A stretch of 64,000 nucleotides of DNA from Lingula anatina (Eukaryota > Animalia > Brachiopoda), in NCBI GenBank assembly GCA_051362555.1, contig CM120645.1, forward strand, positions 17,794,001-17,858,000. The letters run 5' to 3'. The notes below the pieces were generated by a model. The model was not told where the DNA came from. It ran no database searches and was given only the letters and a program-made list of their open reading frames with translations. The number at the start of each line of letters is the position of its first letter. Position 1 is the first letter of the stretch. The translations under genes were made by a program, and so were the position numbers. Shown in pieces: positions 39,804 to 54,093 of the stretch.

Positions 39804-40065
39804 ATTAGCTGTACTTTGGTAGCGACTGCTTAATTACTTTTTTTAATATAGATTTTTAAATATTTATGACATTGCAGAAATCTTGAGTTTGGCAATTTCT
39901 CCATGAAACACTGGTTTTTGGTCATAGCATGCTATAGTATAATGCACTTTCAGAATATGGTATCAAATTTAACCCATGACCTTCACATGACCTTGTAAGA
40001 GCATTTCCACGCCTATTTTGCAGGGGAATCCTCCGCCACTGGCTTTAGCCAGTTGCAGTCTAGTT

Positions 40066-41437
40066 TGTATTGTTACTGAATATGATTGTATATATTGTGA
40101 TGACTGTGTGTGACTATGTTTTTTACTCTTTTTACTTGTGTTTATTATCATGCACGTTACTGTTGTCACTGTACATGTGAATTTTTTTCTAATCACTGTG
40201 TATGTCAGTTTTGTCACTCTCTTTGTTTGTAGTCATTCTGCTTACGTTTATTTATTTCTAGTTATTATTTTAACTGTTAATGTTGGTGTTGTCACTGTCA
40301 TCATAGTTTATGTGTCTGTTTATACTTTGATAATTGTTTCCATTCTGTATTGTCATTGAATGTGTTTGTATATTTATTGTGATCACTGTGTATGACTGTG
40401 TAATCACCCAATTAATTTGTGTTCATTCTTGTTACTGTGCATGCATGGTTGTGTTGTCACTGTGCATGTCAAAATTTATTCTGATCACTGCATGTATGTC
40501 TGTATTGTGACTGTGTTTGTTTGTATTCATTTTGATTATTGTGCACGTTACTATTGTCACTGTACATGTTAATATTTTTCGTCACTGTGTATGTCAGTTT
40601 GTCACTTTGTTTGTAATCATTACTATATCTTAATTGTAGTTTTATTTTGATTACTGTGTATGTTTGTGTTGGTTCTTTTTGTGTCTTTATTTAATTCTGA
40701 TCAATGTTTGCTGTGTTTATTCTGTATCGTTACTAAATGTGTTTGAACAAATATATCGAGATGACTGTGTACGACTGCATTTTCAATCTTTTCCTTTGTG
40801 TTCATTGTCATTACTGTGAACGTTACTGTTGTCACTGTACATGTCAAATTTTTTCACTCTTTTTCCTTGTGTTCTTTCCCATTACGATGAATGTTACTGT
40901 TGTCACTGTACATGTGAAACTTTTTTCTAATCACAGTGTATGTCTATGTTTCTTTGTATTTATTTTGATTACTGTGTTTGTTGGTGTCACTCTATTTGTT
41001 TGTAATCATTACTATTACTCTGCATGATTGTGTTGTCACTGTATCCAAGTGTGTTTGTTTATCTTATGTATCTCTGTGTGTCTGTTTATATTCTGTTTGC
41101 TGTGTCTATTCTGTATTGTTACTGAATGTGTTTGTATATATTGTGATGACTGTGTATGACCTTGTTTTCACTCTTTTTCCTTGTGTTCATTCCCATTATG
41201 GTGAATGTTACTCTTGTCACTGTACACGTCAAAATTTATTCTGATCACTGTGTATGTCTGTATTTTGACTGTGCTTGTTTTTATTTATTTTGATTACTGT
41301 GCATGTTTGCGTTGTCACTGTTCATGTTTGTATTTATTGTGAGCACTGTGTATGTCAGCTTTGTCACTCTATTTGTTTGTAATCTTTACTATTACTCTGC
41401 ATGATTGTGTTGTCACTGTATCTGTGTGTTTGTTTAT
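40066..41437 (+). repeat. Satellite block, last in T-rich orientation
   Basis: Same motifs up to ...GTTTGTTTAT. Confidence 0.92.
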
Positions 41438-41492
41438 AGACACAGCAAGCACCATATAAACAGACACATAGACAATAACAATACACAGTGAT

Positions 41493-41559
<67 letters not shown>

Positions 41560-41612
41560 TCAATGACAATACAGAATGGAAACAGTTATCAGAGTATAAA
41601 CAGACACATAAA
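41438..41612 (-). repeat. Satellite in inverted orientation, containing (TA)n at 41496-41552
   Basis: AGACACAGC, CAGTGATCAC and CATTCAATGACAATACAGAATGG are reverse complements of left-array motifs. Confidence 0.9.
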
Positions 41613-42404
41613 TTATATTCTAATTCGCTTATGCTTAAACGTATATAAATTATTTATCGTGTAATAACTCTCAACGAATAAAACCACTTCATCTTCAAAC
41701 ATCAAATCATTTATTTATAAATAGGAATGAGTCGATGTGCCTCTGCCTGTGTACAGACAATACAATATTACATACAAACGTTTGTTCCGTCACCAGTTAG
41801 ATTTTCCGCATAGCCTAATTCCAATTCCGGTAGAGTTCTTACTTATATGAATCTGATAATTTTATAACGCATAATCAAACCCCATTTTTATACAAATGTT
41901 TTTATACAAAAACTTTTATTTGGAATAAACTGGAATGTCTGTACAGTAGCGTAGCTCGACTTGGAATGATCGTTTCCCATCCTCACGTGATCTGTTCACC
42001 TTTTGAATACAGCGCCCCCTGTACCTCCTAATGACCTTCCCCCTAAGACACGTCATCGTTGACCCGTTAAACGACAATAAATACATTTATATTCTAATTC
42101 GCATACGCTTAAACGTATATAAATTATTTATCGTCTAATAACTCGATCTCAACAAATAAAACCACTTCATCTTCAAACATCAAATCATTTATTTATAAAT
42201 AGGAATGAGTCGATGTGCCTCTGCCTGCTTCGACCACAAAGAACGGGCCTCCTCTGTGTATCATTACTTTATCCTAAAAAAGAAAACAAATACAATTTCA
42301 TCTACTTAAATATGTACATAATTTATTAATCCACATTCACTCTGGATTCATATTGGCATCACATTCTTGTCCTACAGTATCGACAAACAAAATGTAAAAG
42401 CATA

Positions 42405-43884
42405 TCAAATACCAAAGTTTAAAGATACACTCATTCTTTGCAATATATTGTCTTTAATATAACCGTCTTTCTCTTTATCCGATTTCCAGTGACCATGTTT
42501 TTTGAATGATCGTTTTTTTATCCCGCAATTTGCTGCAGCTGATGCACCACCTGCTCGTAGACTATGTAGACCAAATTTACTTTTATCAAAACCCAATTCT
42601 TCAAATTTTTGTAAAACTGTTTCTCGAGCTCTCATACGTGTACACGACAATTTTCCAGTATCCCTTAAAACATGTTTTCCAGATTTCTTTAAATACTTGA
42701 CCGATCTGAAAATATACTTCTCTGAATCGTCCTCTATGTCTGCGGCTCTTAGATATCTTTGTGAGAAAGCATATGTGTATGAAGTCTTACCTGTTCTGGC
42801 TATATTAAAACATTAGAGCCATCTCTGTACAAATCAGTTTTGCTTTTTTCAATAATAACTTCAAAATATGAATCTTTGAATATAATATCTGTTCTTCTAA
42901 TTGAGGATACCTCGCTATATCTTAAAAATCCTGAAAATGATAATAAAGGAAAGTTTGGCGTAGTCAAACGACATTTTATGGCGACAACAATCTCCAGAGC
43001 TTAATTATGCACATGTGCATTCCACACATGCTCAATTGTGCCCTAGAGGGGTAATCTCCATTGAGGCACATGTTGCTTCTTATACCATGGGGCATCACTG
43101 CCTGGCCTCATTCTGCTTGATTCATTCTGTTCATGCGCATAATCCAATTAAGCTACAAGTTATCTCAAATCTTCAACTGAAATCTTCAGTTCAAAAAATT
43201 TCATTTTACATTTGAAATATAATTTTTATTCCTAAGGCCATAACATTTAATACAGGCAACAATTTGCTACATTATTATTATTGTTAAAACGATTAGGATA
43301 GAAGGGTTATATAATAAAAGCGGCCTTGTTTGGCCAAATCACAAACAATCAATACTCTTTGTTGCCTTCTTTCTTGCTATGAATGAGACCATAAAGATAA
43401 ACATATTCTGCAGACATCTCTCAAATTGGGCAAACTGGCGTTAGGTTTTGCAAATCTATTAACAAGTTTATTAAGCATGTCCCTGGTTACTATTTCCTTT
43501 TATATTGTTCTGTTACATGACATTCTTTTTGCTGCTTCCACAATATTACTGATCAAAACGTTATCACAAGAATTTCATGTTATTCCAGCAATATTATGAA
43601 CCCACTTTAAGGCATATTTCACATCCTGTATTGCTCCTGGTTTACTCTCTTGTTGAATTAAACTTAACATATATAGTGCAATGTGATTTGTGGATGCCGG
43701 GAATATGTTAACCTCTGTAAATTTCCTTGCCCAATTCTTCCACTTTTGAAATATATAAGTATTTTTTTCACCGTATTATCTGTTCTAGATTTCAATACAA
43801 TACTTGTTAAACTCTTTACCCAATCTTCGTAAAGTTGCATTATTGAAATCCTTTAATTCCGTCCAAACTCCAGATTGGAATACC
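42405..43884 (-). pseudogene. Tyrosine recombinase of the PAT-like element
   Basis: SFSGFLRYSE, EKSKTDLYRDG, FGLHSLRAGGASAAAN, HGHWKSDKEKDGYI. Frameshifts and a 449-bp insertion. Confidence 0.9.
42948..43396. mobile_element. Unclassified 449-bp insertion in the YR gene
   Basis: Flanked by ATAAA direct repeats; removal restores CRICLLSFSGFLR. Confidence 0.6.
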
Positions 43885-44199
43885 TGTAAATACAAATAAA
43901 GTATATTGATGAAAACAAACCAGTTTATGTTTACTAATGTAAACCCCAACTTTAAAACAGTTCAAATGTTCTTTTAATGCGTTATACTGTTTTCAAAAGC
44001 CAATCCAGGTAATCCTTCATTTTCTCTTTTAACAAAAAACCTGAATTATTCATTTACTCTTAACCATCATTAAAAATAAACAATTAAAAACCCTTTCATT
44101 GCCTTTTTTAATTTAAAATTCTATATACCTGTACCGAGCTTTGTTTGTACTTTTACCAGCTAATATTGTATTTGACAATCATGAAACAAAATAAATCAA

Positions 44200-45306
44200 T
44201 ACGATCATGTATAAAAATTTTGTACACTGTCAATCCTGATTATCAACTTTCATAATAACACACCTTCATGCCACCAGACCTTTCAAATATATGAATTTCA
44301 ATTATTGTTTAACATTTGTTGCATTGTAGATCCTGACTAGCAAACTATATTATAATTCACCTTTATCTCATCAAATGAACTTTTTAGTTCTGTATAACAA
44401 TTGTTGCAGTGTCCATCTGGACTACAAACCTTTATAAAATATACCTTCATCCCATAACGCTTTTCTATTATAAATTTCAAGTCTGTATAACATTTGTTGC
44501 AGTGTCAATCCTGACTAGTAACCTTCCTAAATTATACCTTCATTCCATCATGTTTTTTCCCAATATAATTTTCAGTTTTGTATAACATTTGTCGCAGTGT
44601 CAATTCTGACTGGCAATTTTTATAAAATACATCTTCATTCCATAACAACTTTCAAATATATATTTCAATTCTGTATAACATTTGTTGCATTGTCAATCCT
44701 GACTGGCAACCTTCATAAAAATATACCAACATGCCATAAAAACTTTCAAATATATATATTTTATTTCTGTATAACATTTGTTGCAGTGTCAATCTTGACT
44801 GGCAAGCTTCATAAAAATACACTGTCATTCCATCACGCCTTCTACATATAAATTTCAATTCTGTATAATGTTTGTTGCAGTGTCAATCCTGACTCGCAAC
44901 CTTCATAAAAATACGTCCTCATCCCATCACGCCTTATACATATAAATTTTTAATTATTATAATGATTGTTGCAGTGTCAATCCTGACTGGCAACTTGCAT
45001 AAAAATACGCCTTCATCCCATCTCGCCTTTCAATTATAATTTTCTAATTTTCAATTCTGTATAACATTTGTTATATTGTCAATTCTGACGGGTAAAAATA
45101 CACTCATCCCATCACGACATTCAATTACACCATCCCATCACTCCTTTCAAATACATATTTCATCCTTTATAATATTTGTTACCTTTTAAATTCTGACTTA
45201 CAACCTTCACAAAAATACAGCATCCCATCACGCCTTGAAATATAACCTTGGTTTTTAGAAAATATCCTTGTATTAAAATCCTGTCTCCCTGTCAATCCTG
45301 ACTGCC
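44200..45306. repeat. ~94-96-bp diverged tandem repeat within the PAT-like element
   Basis: TGTATAACATTTGTTGCAGTGTCAATCCTGACTGGCAAC core recurring ~11 times. Confidence 0.88.
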
Positions 45307-46240
45307 ATTTAAAAATAGATGTCTTTTATTTAGACGATGAATGTTTGACAACCAAAAATGTAACTCATTCAGAATTTCTGTATTTGAACGAACATTTTTG
45401 CATTCATCCCAACTGTTTCTATCATTGATTGCGTGATACATATTTCTTGTCATTAATCTACTAATATCTCCAATAACTGTTGACATTGATATAATTTTTC
45501 CTGTAATTCAAGCCAATTCACGTGCTAATGTCATATTAATATTTTGCATTAGTTTTCTAATATCAATTTTCAATTCTGAAACCCTTTTTTCTGTGATTGA
45601 TATCGTACCCTGTATCAAATTCCAATGAATACCTAACCAATCAATCTCTTGAACTGGTCTCCATATACTCTTTTCATTGTTTACTACAAAATCCGATTTT
45701 TTCAAATCTCCCCTCATTTTGCCTGAATATTTTTTGCACAGCTCAAAATCATCACTAAATCCAAAGCCATCATCCAAATACAACACTATAGGTATATACC
45801 ATGCTCTCCAGTGTTTAACCAAACACCTTAAAACAATAATAACTCTTCCTTTGAGATTAAAAATTCTGCAAGAAATACATTGTAAACAATGCATGGAAAT
45901 ATGTTCTGTTGTATTTTATATTTACGCATCTCAAATCTAAAACCAAACGTTTCTTTTTCCCACTGTCAAAGGATTAACAACTTGTGGTATCCCGTTAAAT
46001 TCTTTGATACGACCTGATTTTAACAAATCTAATATTGATTCTTCTACATTATTGTCTAATGCAGACTTGTTGTTTTTCATAATCATTTTTGGTGGTGTAT
46101 TTATAAAAGGAATAAAATATCCTTGTTTTATTACATCTAATACATACGTATTGGCATGAATACTTTCCCAAAAAAGCTACATTCTTCTTCAATCTACCTT
46201 TCACATTGTCGCTATTATACTTATCTTTTAGAGTTGTATC
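45300..46240 (-). pseudogene. pol: Reverse transcriptase of the PAT-like element, internally deleted
   Basis: VKGRLKKN, VNPLTV..KKRLVLDLR, VLYLDDGFG, NNEKSIWRP, ARELA, ELHFW. Central RT motifs and RNase H/MT are missing. Confidence 0.87.
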
Positions 46241-46244
46241 TTTC

Positions 46245-47161
46245 TTATTGACTGCCGACCTGTGCGTAGCTGTAGTAGCTTGGGTTTGGTTGCGTGCTGT
46301 TTTGAAAATATGACTGCTTTTGCTGTTTAAATTTGTAGCATTCTGCTCGCCAGTGACCGTATTGTCCACATCCAAAACACTGGTCATGCTTGGACGGTTG
46401 ACTTCTTTTGGCTCGAAAAAGCCTTTTGAATGGCCCTGAACCTGAAAAATTGGTTGAGGCTGTATATTGAGCAGGCATATTGGAATAGCTATTATAAACA
46501 CCAGATCTACGTTGACCAACATTGTTGCGTTTCTGTTTTTTCTGGCGCAATTTTCTATTTGCTCTTATCTGGGCTGAACGAATTTTCTTTTCGTCTTCAC
46601 TATCATCTGCAAGTTCATCGGATTGATATTCTTCCACAGCTTCCCAACCAGTATCCAATTTGTCCGCCAACCTTATAAGCTTGTTATGTTTCTTGATTTG
46701 ATCTATGGACCTTTTCAGTAACTGTCTAAGAGACTTCACTTCCCCTTTTCTAAAAGTAACTCTCCGCAAGCTCAAGATTGTCAAGTGCTTTCTGTTTCCT
46801 GTAAACTTGAATTCAGTGTCATGGGATGACCTCAGTTTTTTGCTCTCTGCTATATTTTCTCAGACAGTTCTCTTTTTAATCCTTTAAACTTTTGATCCAT
46901 ATAGGATTTAAACAAATTGAAAGTATCAGCAAGATTTGAGCCAACTTCATCTGATATTTCTTGGCCGCTCCCTTCATTTTCAAGCTCTCCACTCTCCTCG
47001 GCCGAGTAGTTTTTAGCCTCTTTGTTTGATGCCACACCCTCTGCATCCGACTGTATCAGCTCAGGTTCGCTCACCTCAGGCTTCTCAAGTTCTTTCTCAG
47101 TATGTTCAGAATCCGACACAAACACTTTCACTATCCTTTGTGATTTTCTTCCCTTTGGCAT
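46245..47161 (-). pseudogene. gag: Gag of the PAT-like element with CCHC zinc knuckle
   Basis: NKLIRLADK...GWEAVEEYQSDELADDSEDEKKI and CFGCGQYGHWRAEC; frameshift near 46850. Confidence 0.88.
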
Positions 47162-47356
47162 AATAGAAGTTTAAAATATGAAATTCAAGCTTAGGAAAAC
47201 TGGAATGTCTGTACAGTAGCATAGCTCGACTTCGAATGATCGTTTCCCATCCTCACGTGATCTGTTCACCTTTTGAACACAGCTCCCCCTGTACCTCCTA
47301 ATGACCTTCCTCCTAAGACACATCATCGTTGACCTGTTAAACGACAATAAATACAT

Positions 47357-50300
47357 CTATAATGACAGTGACAACACCAACATGCACAGTTAAAATAATG
47401 ACTAAAAATAAATAAACTGACAAAACTGACATCCACATTGCTCTCAATAAATACAAACACGAACAGTGACAACACAAACATGCACAGTAATCAAAATAAA
47501 TAAAAACAAGCACAGTCAAATTACCGACATACAAAGTGATTAGAAAAAAATATCAAATGTACAGTGACAACAGTAACATTTACCATAATAAGAATGAACA
47601 CGACGAAAAAGAGTGAAAACAAAGTTGTACACAGTCATCTCATAATGTACAAACACATTCAGTAACAATACAGAATAGAAACAGCAAACAGCATATAAAA
47701 AGACACATAAACATAGTGACAACAGCATCATGCACAATAATAGTAATGATTACAAACAAATAGAGTGACAAAACTGACATACACAGTGCTCACAATAAAT
47801 AAAAACACGAACAGTGACAACACAAACATGCACAGTAACCAAAATAAATACAAACAAATGCAGTCACAAAACAGACATACACAGTGATTAGAAAAAAATT
47901 TCACATGAACAGTGACAACAGTAACATTTACCGTAATAAGAATGAACACAACGAAAAACAGTGAAAACGAAGTTGTACACAGTCATCTCATAATGTACAA
48001 ACACATTCAGTAACAATACAGAATAGACACAGCAAAGAGAATGTAAACAGACACATAGACAATACAGTGACAGCACCATCATGCAGAGTAATAGTAATGA
48101 TTACAAACAAATAGAGTGACAAAACTGACATACACAGTGCTCACAATAAATACAAACATCAACAGTAACAACAGCAACAAACACAGTAATCAAATTAAAT
48201 GCAAACAAAAACAGTCACAAAACAGACATACACAGTGATTAGGAAAAAAATTCACATGTACAGTGACAACAGTAACATTCACCGTAATAAGAATGAACAC
48301 AACGAAAAAGAGTGAAAACGAAGTTGTACACAGTCATCTCATAATGTACAAACATATTCAGTAACAATACAGAATAGACACAGCAGACAGAATATAAAGA
48401 GACACATAGAGATACAGTGACAACACCATCATACAGAGAAATAGTAATGATTACATAGAAACACAGTCACAATACAGACATGCACAGTGATCAGAATAAA
48501 TTTTAACATGTACAGTAATGCGTAACCATGCATAGTAACAAGAATAAATTAAAACAAACACAGTAAAAATATAGACAAACACAGTAATTAGAAACAAATT
48601 TCACTTGTACAGTGACAACAGTAACATTTACCGTAATAAGAATGAACACAATGAAAAACAGTGAAAATGAAGTTGTACACAGTCATCTCATAATGTACAA
48701 ACACATTCAGTAACAATACAGAATAGACACAGCACACAGAATATTAGAGACAGAGATACACTGACAACACCATCATGCAGAGTAATAGTAATGATTACAA
48801 ACAAATAGAGTGACAAAACTGACATACACAGTGCTCACAATAAATACAAACACGAACAGTGACAACACAAACATGCACAGTAACCAAAATAAATACAAAC
48901 AAATGCAGTCACAAAACAGACATACACAGTGATTAGAAAAAAATTTCACATGAACAGTGACAACAGTAACATTTACCGTAATAAGAATGAACACAACGAA
49001 AAACAGTGAAAACGAAGTTGTACACAGTCATCTCATAATGTACAAACACATTCAGTAACAATACAGAATAGACACAGCAAAGAGAATGTAAACAGACACA
49101 TAGACAATACAGTGACAACACCATCATGCAGAGTAATAGTAATGATTACAAACAAATAGAGTGACAAAACTGACATACACAGTGCTCACAATAAATAAAA
49201 ACATCAACAGTAACAACAGCAACAAACACAGTAATCAAATTAAATGCAAACAAAAACAGTCACAAAACAGACATACACAGTGATTAGGAAAAAAATTCAC
49301 ATGTACAGTGACAACAGTAACATTCACCGTAATAAGAATGAACACAACGAAAAAGAGTGAAAACGAAGTTGTACACAGTCATCTCATAATGTACAAACAT
49401 ATTCAGTAACAATACAGAATAGACACAGCAGACAGAATATAAAGAGACACATAGAGATACAGTGACAACACCATCATACAGAGAAATAGTAATGATTACA
49501 TAGAAACACAGTCACAATACAGACATGCACAGTGATCAGAATAAATTTTAACATGTACAGTAATGCGTAACCATGCATAGTAACAAGAATAAATTAAAAC
49601 AAACACAGTAAAAATATAGACAAACACAGTAATTAGAAACAAATTTCACTTGAACAGTGACAACAGTAACATTTACCGTAATAAGAATGAACACAATGAA
49701 AAACAGTGAAAATGAAGTTGTACACAGTCATCTCATAATGTACAAACACATTCAGTAACAATACAGAATAGACACAGCACACAGAATATAAGAGACACAG
49801 AGATACACTGACAACACCATCATGCAGAGTAATAGTAATGATTACAAACAAATAGAGTGACAAAACTGACATACACAGTGCTCACAATAAATACAAACAC
49901 GAACAGTGACAACACAAACATGCACAGTAACCAAAATAAATACAAACAAATGCAGTCACAAAACAGACATACACAGTGATTAGAAAAAAATTTCACATGA
50001 ACAGTGACAACAGTAACATTTACCGTAATAAGAATGAACACAACGAAAAACAGTGAAAACGAAGTTGTACACAGTCATCTCATAATGTACAAACACATTC
50101 AGTAACAATACAGAATAGACACAGCAAAGAGAATGTAAACAGACACATAGACAATACAGTGACAACACCATCATGCAGAGTAATAGTAATGATTACAAAC
50201 AAATAGAGTGACAAAACTGACATACACAGTGCTCACAATAAATACAAACATCAACAGTAACAACAGCAACAAACACAGTAATCAAATTAAATGCAAACAA

Positions 50301-52088
50301 AAACAGTCACAAAACAGACATACACAGTGATTAGGAAAAAAATTCACATGTACAGTGACAACAGTAACATTCACCGTAATAAGAATGAACACAACGAAAA
50401 AGAGTGAAAACGAAGTTGTACACAGTCATCTCATAATGTACAAACATATTCAGTAACAATACAGAATAGACACAGCAGACAGAATATAAAGAGACACATA
50501 GAGATACAGTGACAACACCATCATACAGAGAAATAGTAATGATTACATAGAAACACAGTCACAATACAGACATGCACAGTGATCAGAATAAATTTTAACA
50601 TGTACAGTGACCACACAACCATGCATAGTAACAAGAATAAATTAAAACAAACACAGTAATTAGAAACAAATTTCACTTGTACAGTGACAACAGTAACATT
50701 TACCGTAATAAGAATGAACACAATGAAAAACAGTGAAAATGAAGTTGTACACAGTCATCTCATAATGTACAAACACATTCAGTAACAATACAGAATAGAC
50801 ACAGCACACAGAATATAAGAGACACAGAGATACACTGACAACACCATCATGCAGAGTAATAGTAATGATTACAAACAAATAGAGTGACAAAACTGACATA
50901 CACAGTGCTCAAAATAAATACAAACACGAATAGTGACAACACAAACATGCACAGTAACCAAAATAAATAAAAACAAACAGTAAAAATACAGACAAACACA
51001 GTAATTAGAAACAAATTTCACATGTACAGTGACAACAGAAACATTTATCGAAATGAGAATGAACACAACGAAAAAGAGTGAAAACGAAGTTGTACACAGT
51101 CATCTCATAATGTACAAACACATTCAGTAACAATAAAGAATAGACACAGCAGACAAAATATAAAGAGACACATAGAGATACAGTGACAACACCATCATAC
51201 AGAGAAATAGTAATGATTACATAGAAACACAGTCACAATACAGACATGCACAGTGATCAGAATAAATTTTAACATGTACAGTGACCACACAACCATGCAT
51301 AGTAACAAGAATAAATAAAAACAAACACAGTAAAAATATAGACAAACACAGTAATTAGAAACAAATTTCACTTGTACAGTGACAACAGTAACATTTGCCG
51401 TAATAAGAATGAACACAACGAAAAACAGTGAAAATGAAGTTGTACACAGTCATCTCATAATGTACAAACACATTCAGTAACAATACAGAATAGACACAGC
51501 AAAGAGAATATAAACAGACACATAGACATACAGTGAAAACACCATCACGCAGAGTATAATAGTAATGATTACAAACAAATATAGTGACAAAACTGACATA
51601 AACAGTGCTCACAATAAATACAAACATCAACAGTAACAACACCAATAAACACAGTAATCAAAATAAATACAAAGAAACACAGTCACAATACAGTCATACA
51701 CAGTGATCAGAATAAATTTTGACATGTACAGTGACAAAAGTAAGATTCACCATAATAAGACTGAACAAAACGAAAAAGAGTGAAAACGAAGTTGTACACA
51801 GTCATCTCATAATGTACAAACATATTCAGTAACAATACAGAATAGACACAGCAGACGGAATATAAAGAGACACATAGAGATACAGTGACAACACCATCAT
51901 GCAGAGTAATAGTAATGATTACAAACAAATAGAGTGACAAAACTGACATACACAGTGCTCACAATAAATACAAACACGAACAGTGACAACACAAACATGC
52001 ACAGTAACCAAAATAAATAAAAACAAGCACAGGCAAAACACAGACATACACAGTGATTAGAAAAAATATCAAATGTACAGTGACAACA
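47357..52088 (-). repeat. Satellite array, inverted orientation, ~1045-bp higher-order repeat
   Basis: Near-identical spurious ORFs at 47728/48773/49820 and 47888/48933/49980. Confidence 0.96.
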
Positions 52089-54093
52089 TGTAGGGGTCTA
52101 TGTTCCACCCTACCCAGGTTTTTCTAATATTTTGCATTTCACTGATGCATGGGAGAGGGAATATAACCAGACTCGCATATTCAGTTCCAAGTCTAAAAGT
52201 CTTTATTAGGTCCCAACATTCAGCATTTATACACATTATCTACAGGGAATCTATCTGCATGCCACAGTGGCAGCAACTCATTTAAATACTAATTGCAATG
52301 CAATAGATAACAAGCGAGAGCTTCTACTTTTAAGTTATTTCATTCAAGACTGAAGCAAGGTGAATGATAATATGCTGACTGACTGTATAAACATAATATG
52401 TAAATGAGTGATTTCATCACATGCATTTAGTGGACCTTAACATGTTCCTTCTTTTTCCACAAAAAAAATTATGGTTACATAATTTTTTGAAATAAAGATT
52501 CCACAGCATACTCAAAGATAAAATTTAAACAGCTAAATACTTATACAAAATATCTATCTCATGATTCAATTAAAAAAAAAAAAAGAAAAAAAAAATTAAA
52601 ATAGATATCATTACTTTTACTAACAATTGTAATAAATTCAGTTCATTGTCTATTCCATTGCTGTACAAAGACGTCATTATTCTAATGAAATTTAATTTGA
52701 ATTTTTATGCTTCCAAAATATTTTGACAGAGATAAATGTCCAGTTATCATACAGATTGTTTAAACAGCTTTTCTAATGGACTGTACATTTAAAATCTCAT
52801 CGGTTAAACAATTCAGTATCAGGTATATCATGAAACTGTATTCTTTCTTCCATAATACATATCTTGGGAATCTCCCTACATGTTGGAAATTTACCATTTT
52901 TGAATAAAAAAACCTACTGTCACATATTCTTTATAATTCAATTTAACCTTATCTGTAAACACAATTTATGTTATTATTTTCAAATATGTAAGTCATGAAT
53001 CATTTGGTGCAATTTTACTTAAAACATTGAAACAAGAATATTAAATACTCAGCCAAGTGTAAAATAAAGATCTATAAATCCCCCGAACCTACAGTACAGC
53101 TCTAACTGATGCACTATCCTTTAACTGAATAAAAAAAAATCATATCTTAATTTGAGAGAACAGTTTCATTAGCTCTGTATGTATAAATTCAAATTATTTT
53201 CTTTTTATCAAGAGCTTGTAAAATATGTGGGTATTACCTCCAATATTTCTGTGACTGTCAGTCACCATCATCAGGGAGTAAATGACTAGAGTCATTTCAC
53301 CTGGAATGAAAATCCAGGATATCTTAATTTGCAGTGTGGAAGAAGTGTCCATTTTAGTTTCTTTGCCATAAACTTTCTCTGCACCTTTTTGTTGTCTCTG
53401 TGAAATTCCCATTTTACATCTGTCCATTCTTTTGCATTCTCATAAACATTTTCTGTGTCTGAACCTTGTTTGTCTTCATTCTCTACAGCTTTAAGTACCT
53501 CCTCACCTGCACTTTGTTTCATCTCTACTTCAGTAAGTTTGTCTCTGTCTGTATCTTTGAAATTAGAAAAATCCATTTCCATCGGTTCATCATTAAGTCC
53601 TTCATCAGCATTCTTTACATAATCCGTTACAGCCTTTTCATCTACACCATGTTTCTCCACATACTTTGGGTCATCATCATCATCAAGTCCTTCATCTGTA
53701 TTCTTTACATCATCTGTTAAAGCCTTTTCAACTACATCAGGTTTCTCATAATACTTTAGTTCACCTATTCTACTCTCTCTTTCAATTAATCTGTTGTCAT
53801 CATCATCATCAGTTTTCAATCCTGGCTCTTGTTCTTGTTCTTTCTCGACATACCCTTTACATTTCACATTTCTGCACTTTCATGAAATCGGTTCCCTTTT
53901 CTACCTCTTGTTCCTTTATAATCATAATGTCCTTGCTGAGTTCATTTCCATCATTTTCCTCACCTGCATCACGTTCCTTTACAAACTTCATCTGATTCAT
54001 ACATTCATCCTCATTAGCCATAGTCAGTGTCTCCTGTATAAACATAATATGTAAATGAGTGATTTCATCACATGCATTTAGTGGACCTTAACA
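52089..54093 (-). mobile_element. Internally deleted LTR retrotransposon (Gypsy-like, 4-bp TSD)
   Basis: TG...CA ends with TSD AACA. Full LTR at 52089-52442 is preceded on the minus strand by a polypurine tract GGAAAAAGAAGGAACA. The other LTR survives as a 60-bp copy (54034-54093 = 52383-52442). Confidence 0.85.
53292..54045 (-). pseudogene. Acidic (D/E/K-rich) repetitive ORF carried by the LTR element, frameshifted
   Basis: Overlapping ORFs 53857-54045 and 53292-53867 with internal repeat EKA.TD.VKN.DEGL; no recognisable domain. Confidence 0.5.

Larger units (their letters stand above)
36061..40065 (+). mobile_element. Complete Helentron-like (HINE/DINE-type) element with internal tandem array and nested elements
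   Basis: 5' subTIR AGGATTCCCC within a hairpin plus (ATT)n microsatellite. 3' subTIR GGGGAATCCT (40023-40032), then hairpin ACTGGCT-TT-AGCCAGT and TCTAGTT end. Inserted in a satellite T-tract with no TSD. Confidence 0.82.
41613..47356 (-). mobile_element. PAT-like tyrosine-recombinase retrotransposon with split direct repeats (A1-ORFs-B1A2-B2)
   Basis: A repeats at 47198-47356 and 41928-42086; B repeats at 42087-42227 and 41613-41748. gag, RT and YR on the minus strand. Satellite rejoins precisely (CATAAA|CTATAATG) with no TSD. Confidence 0.92.
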
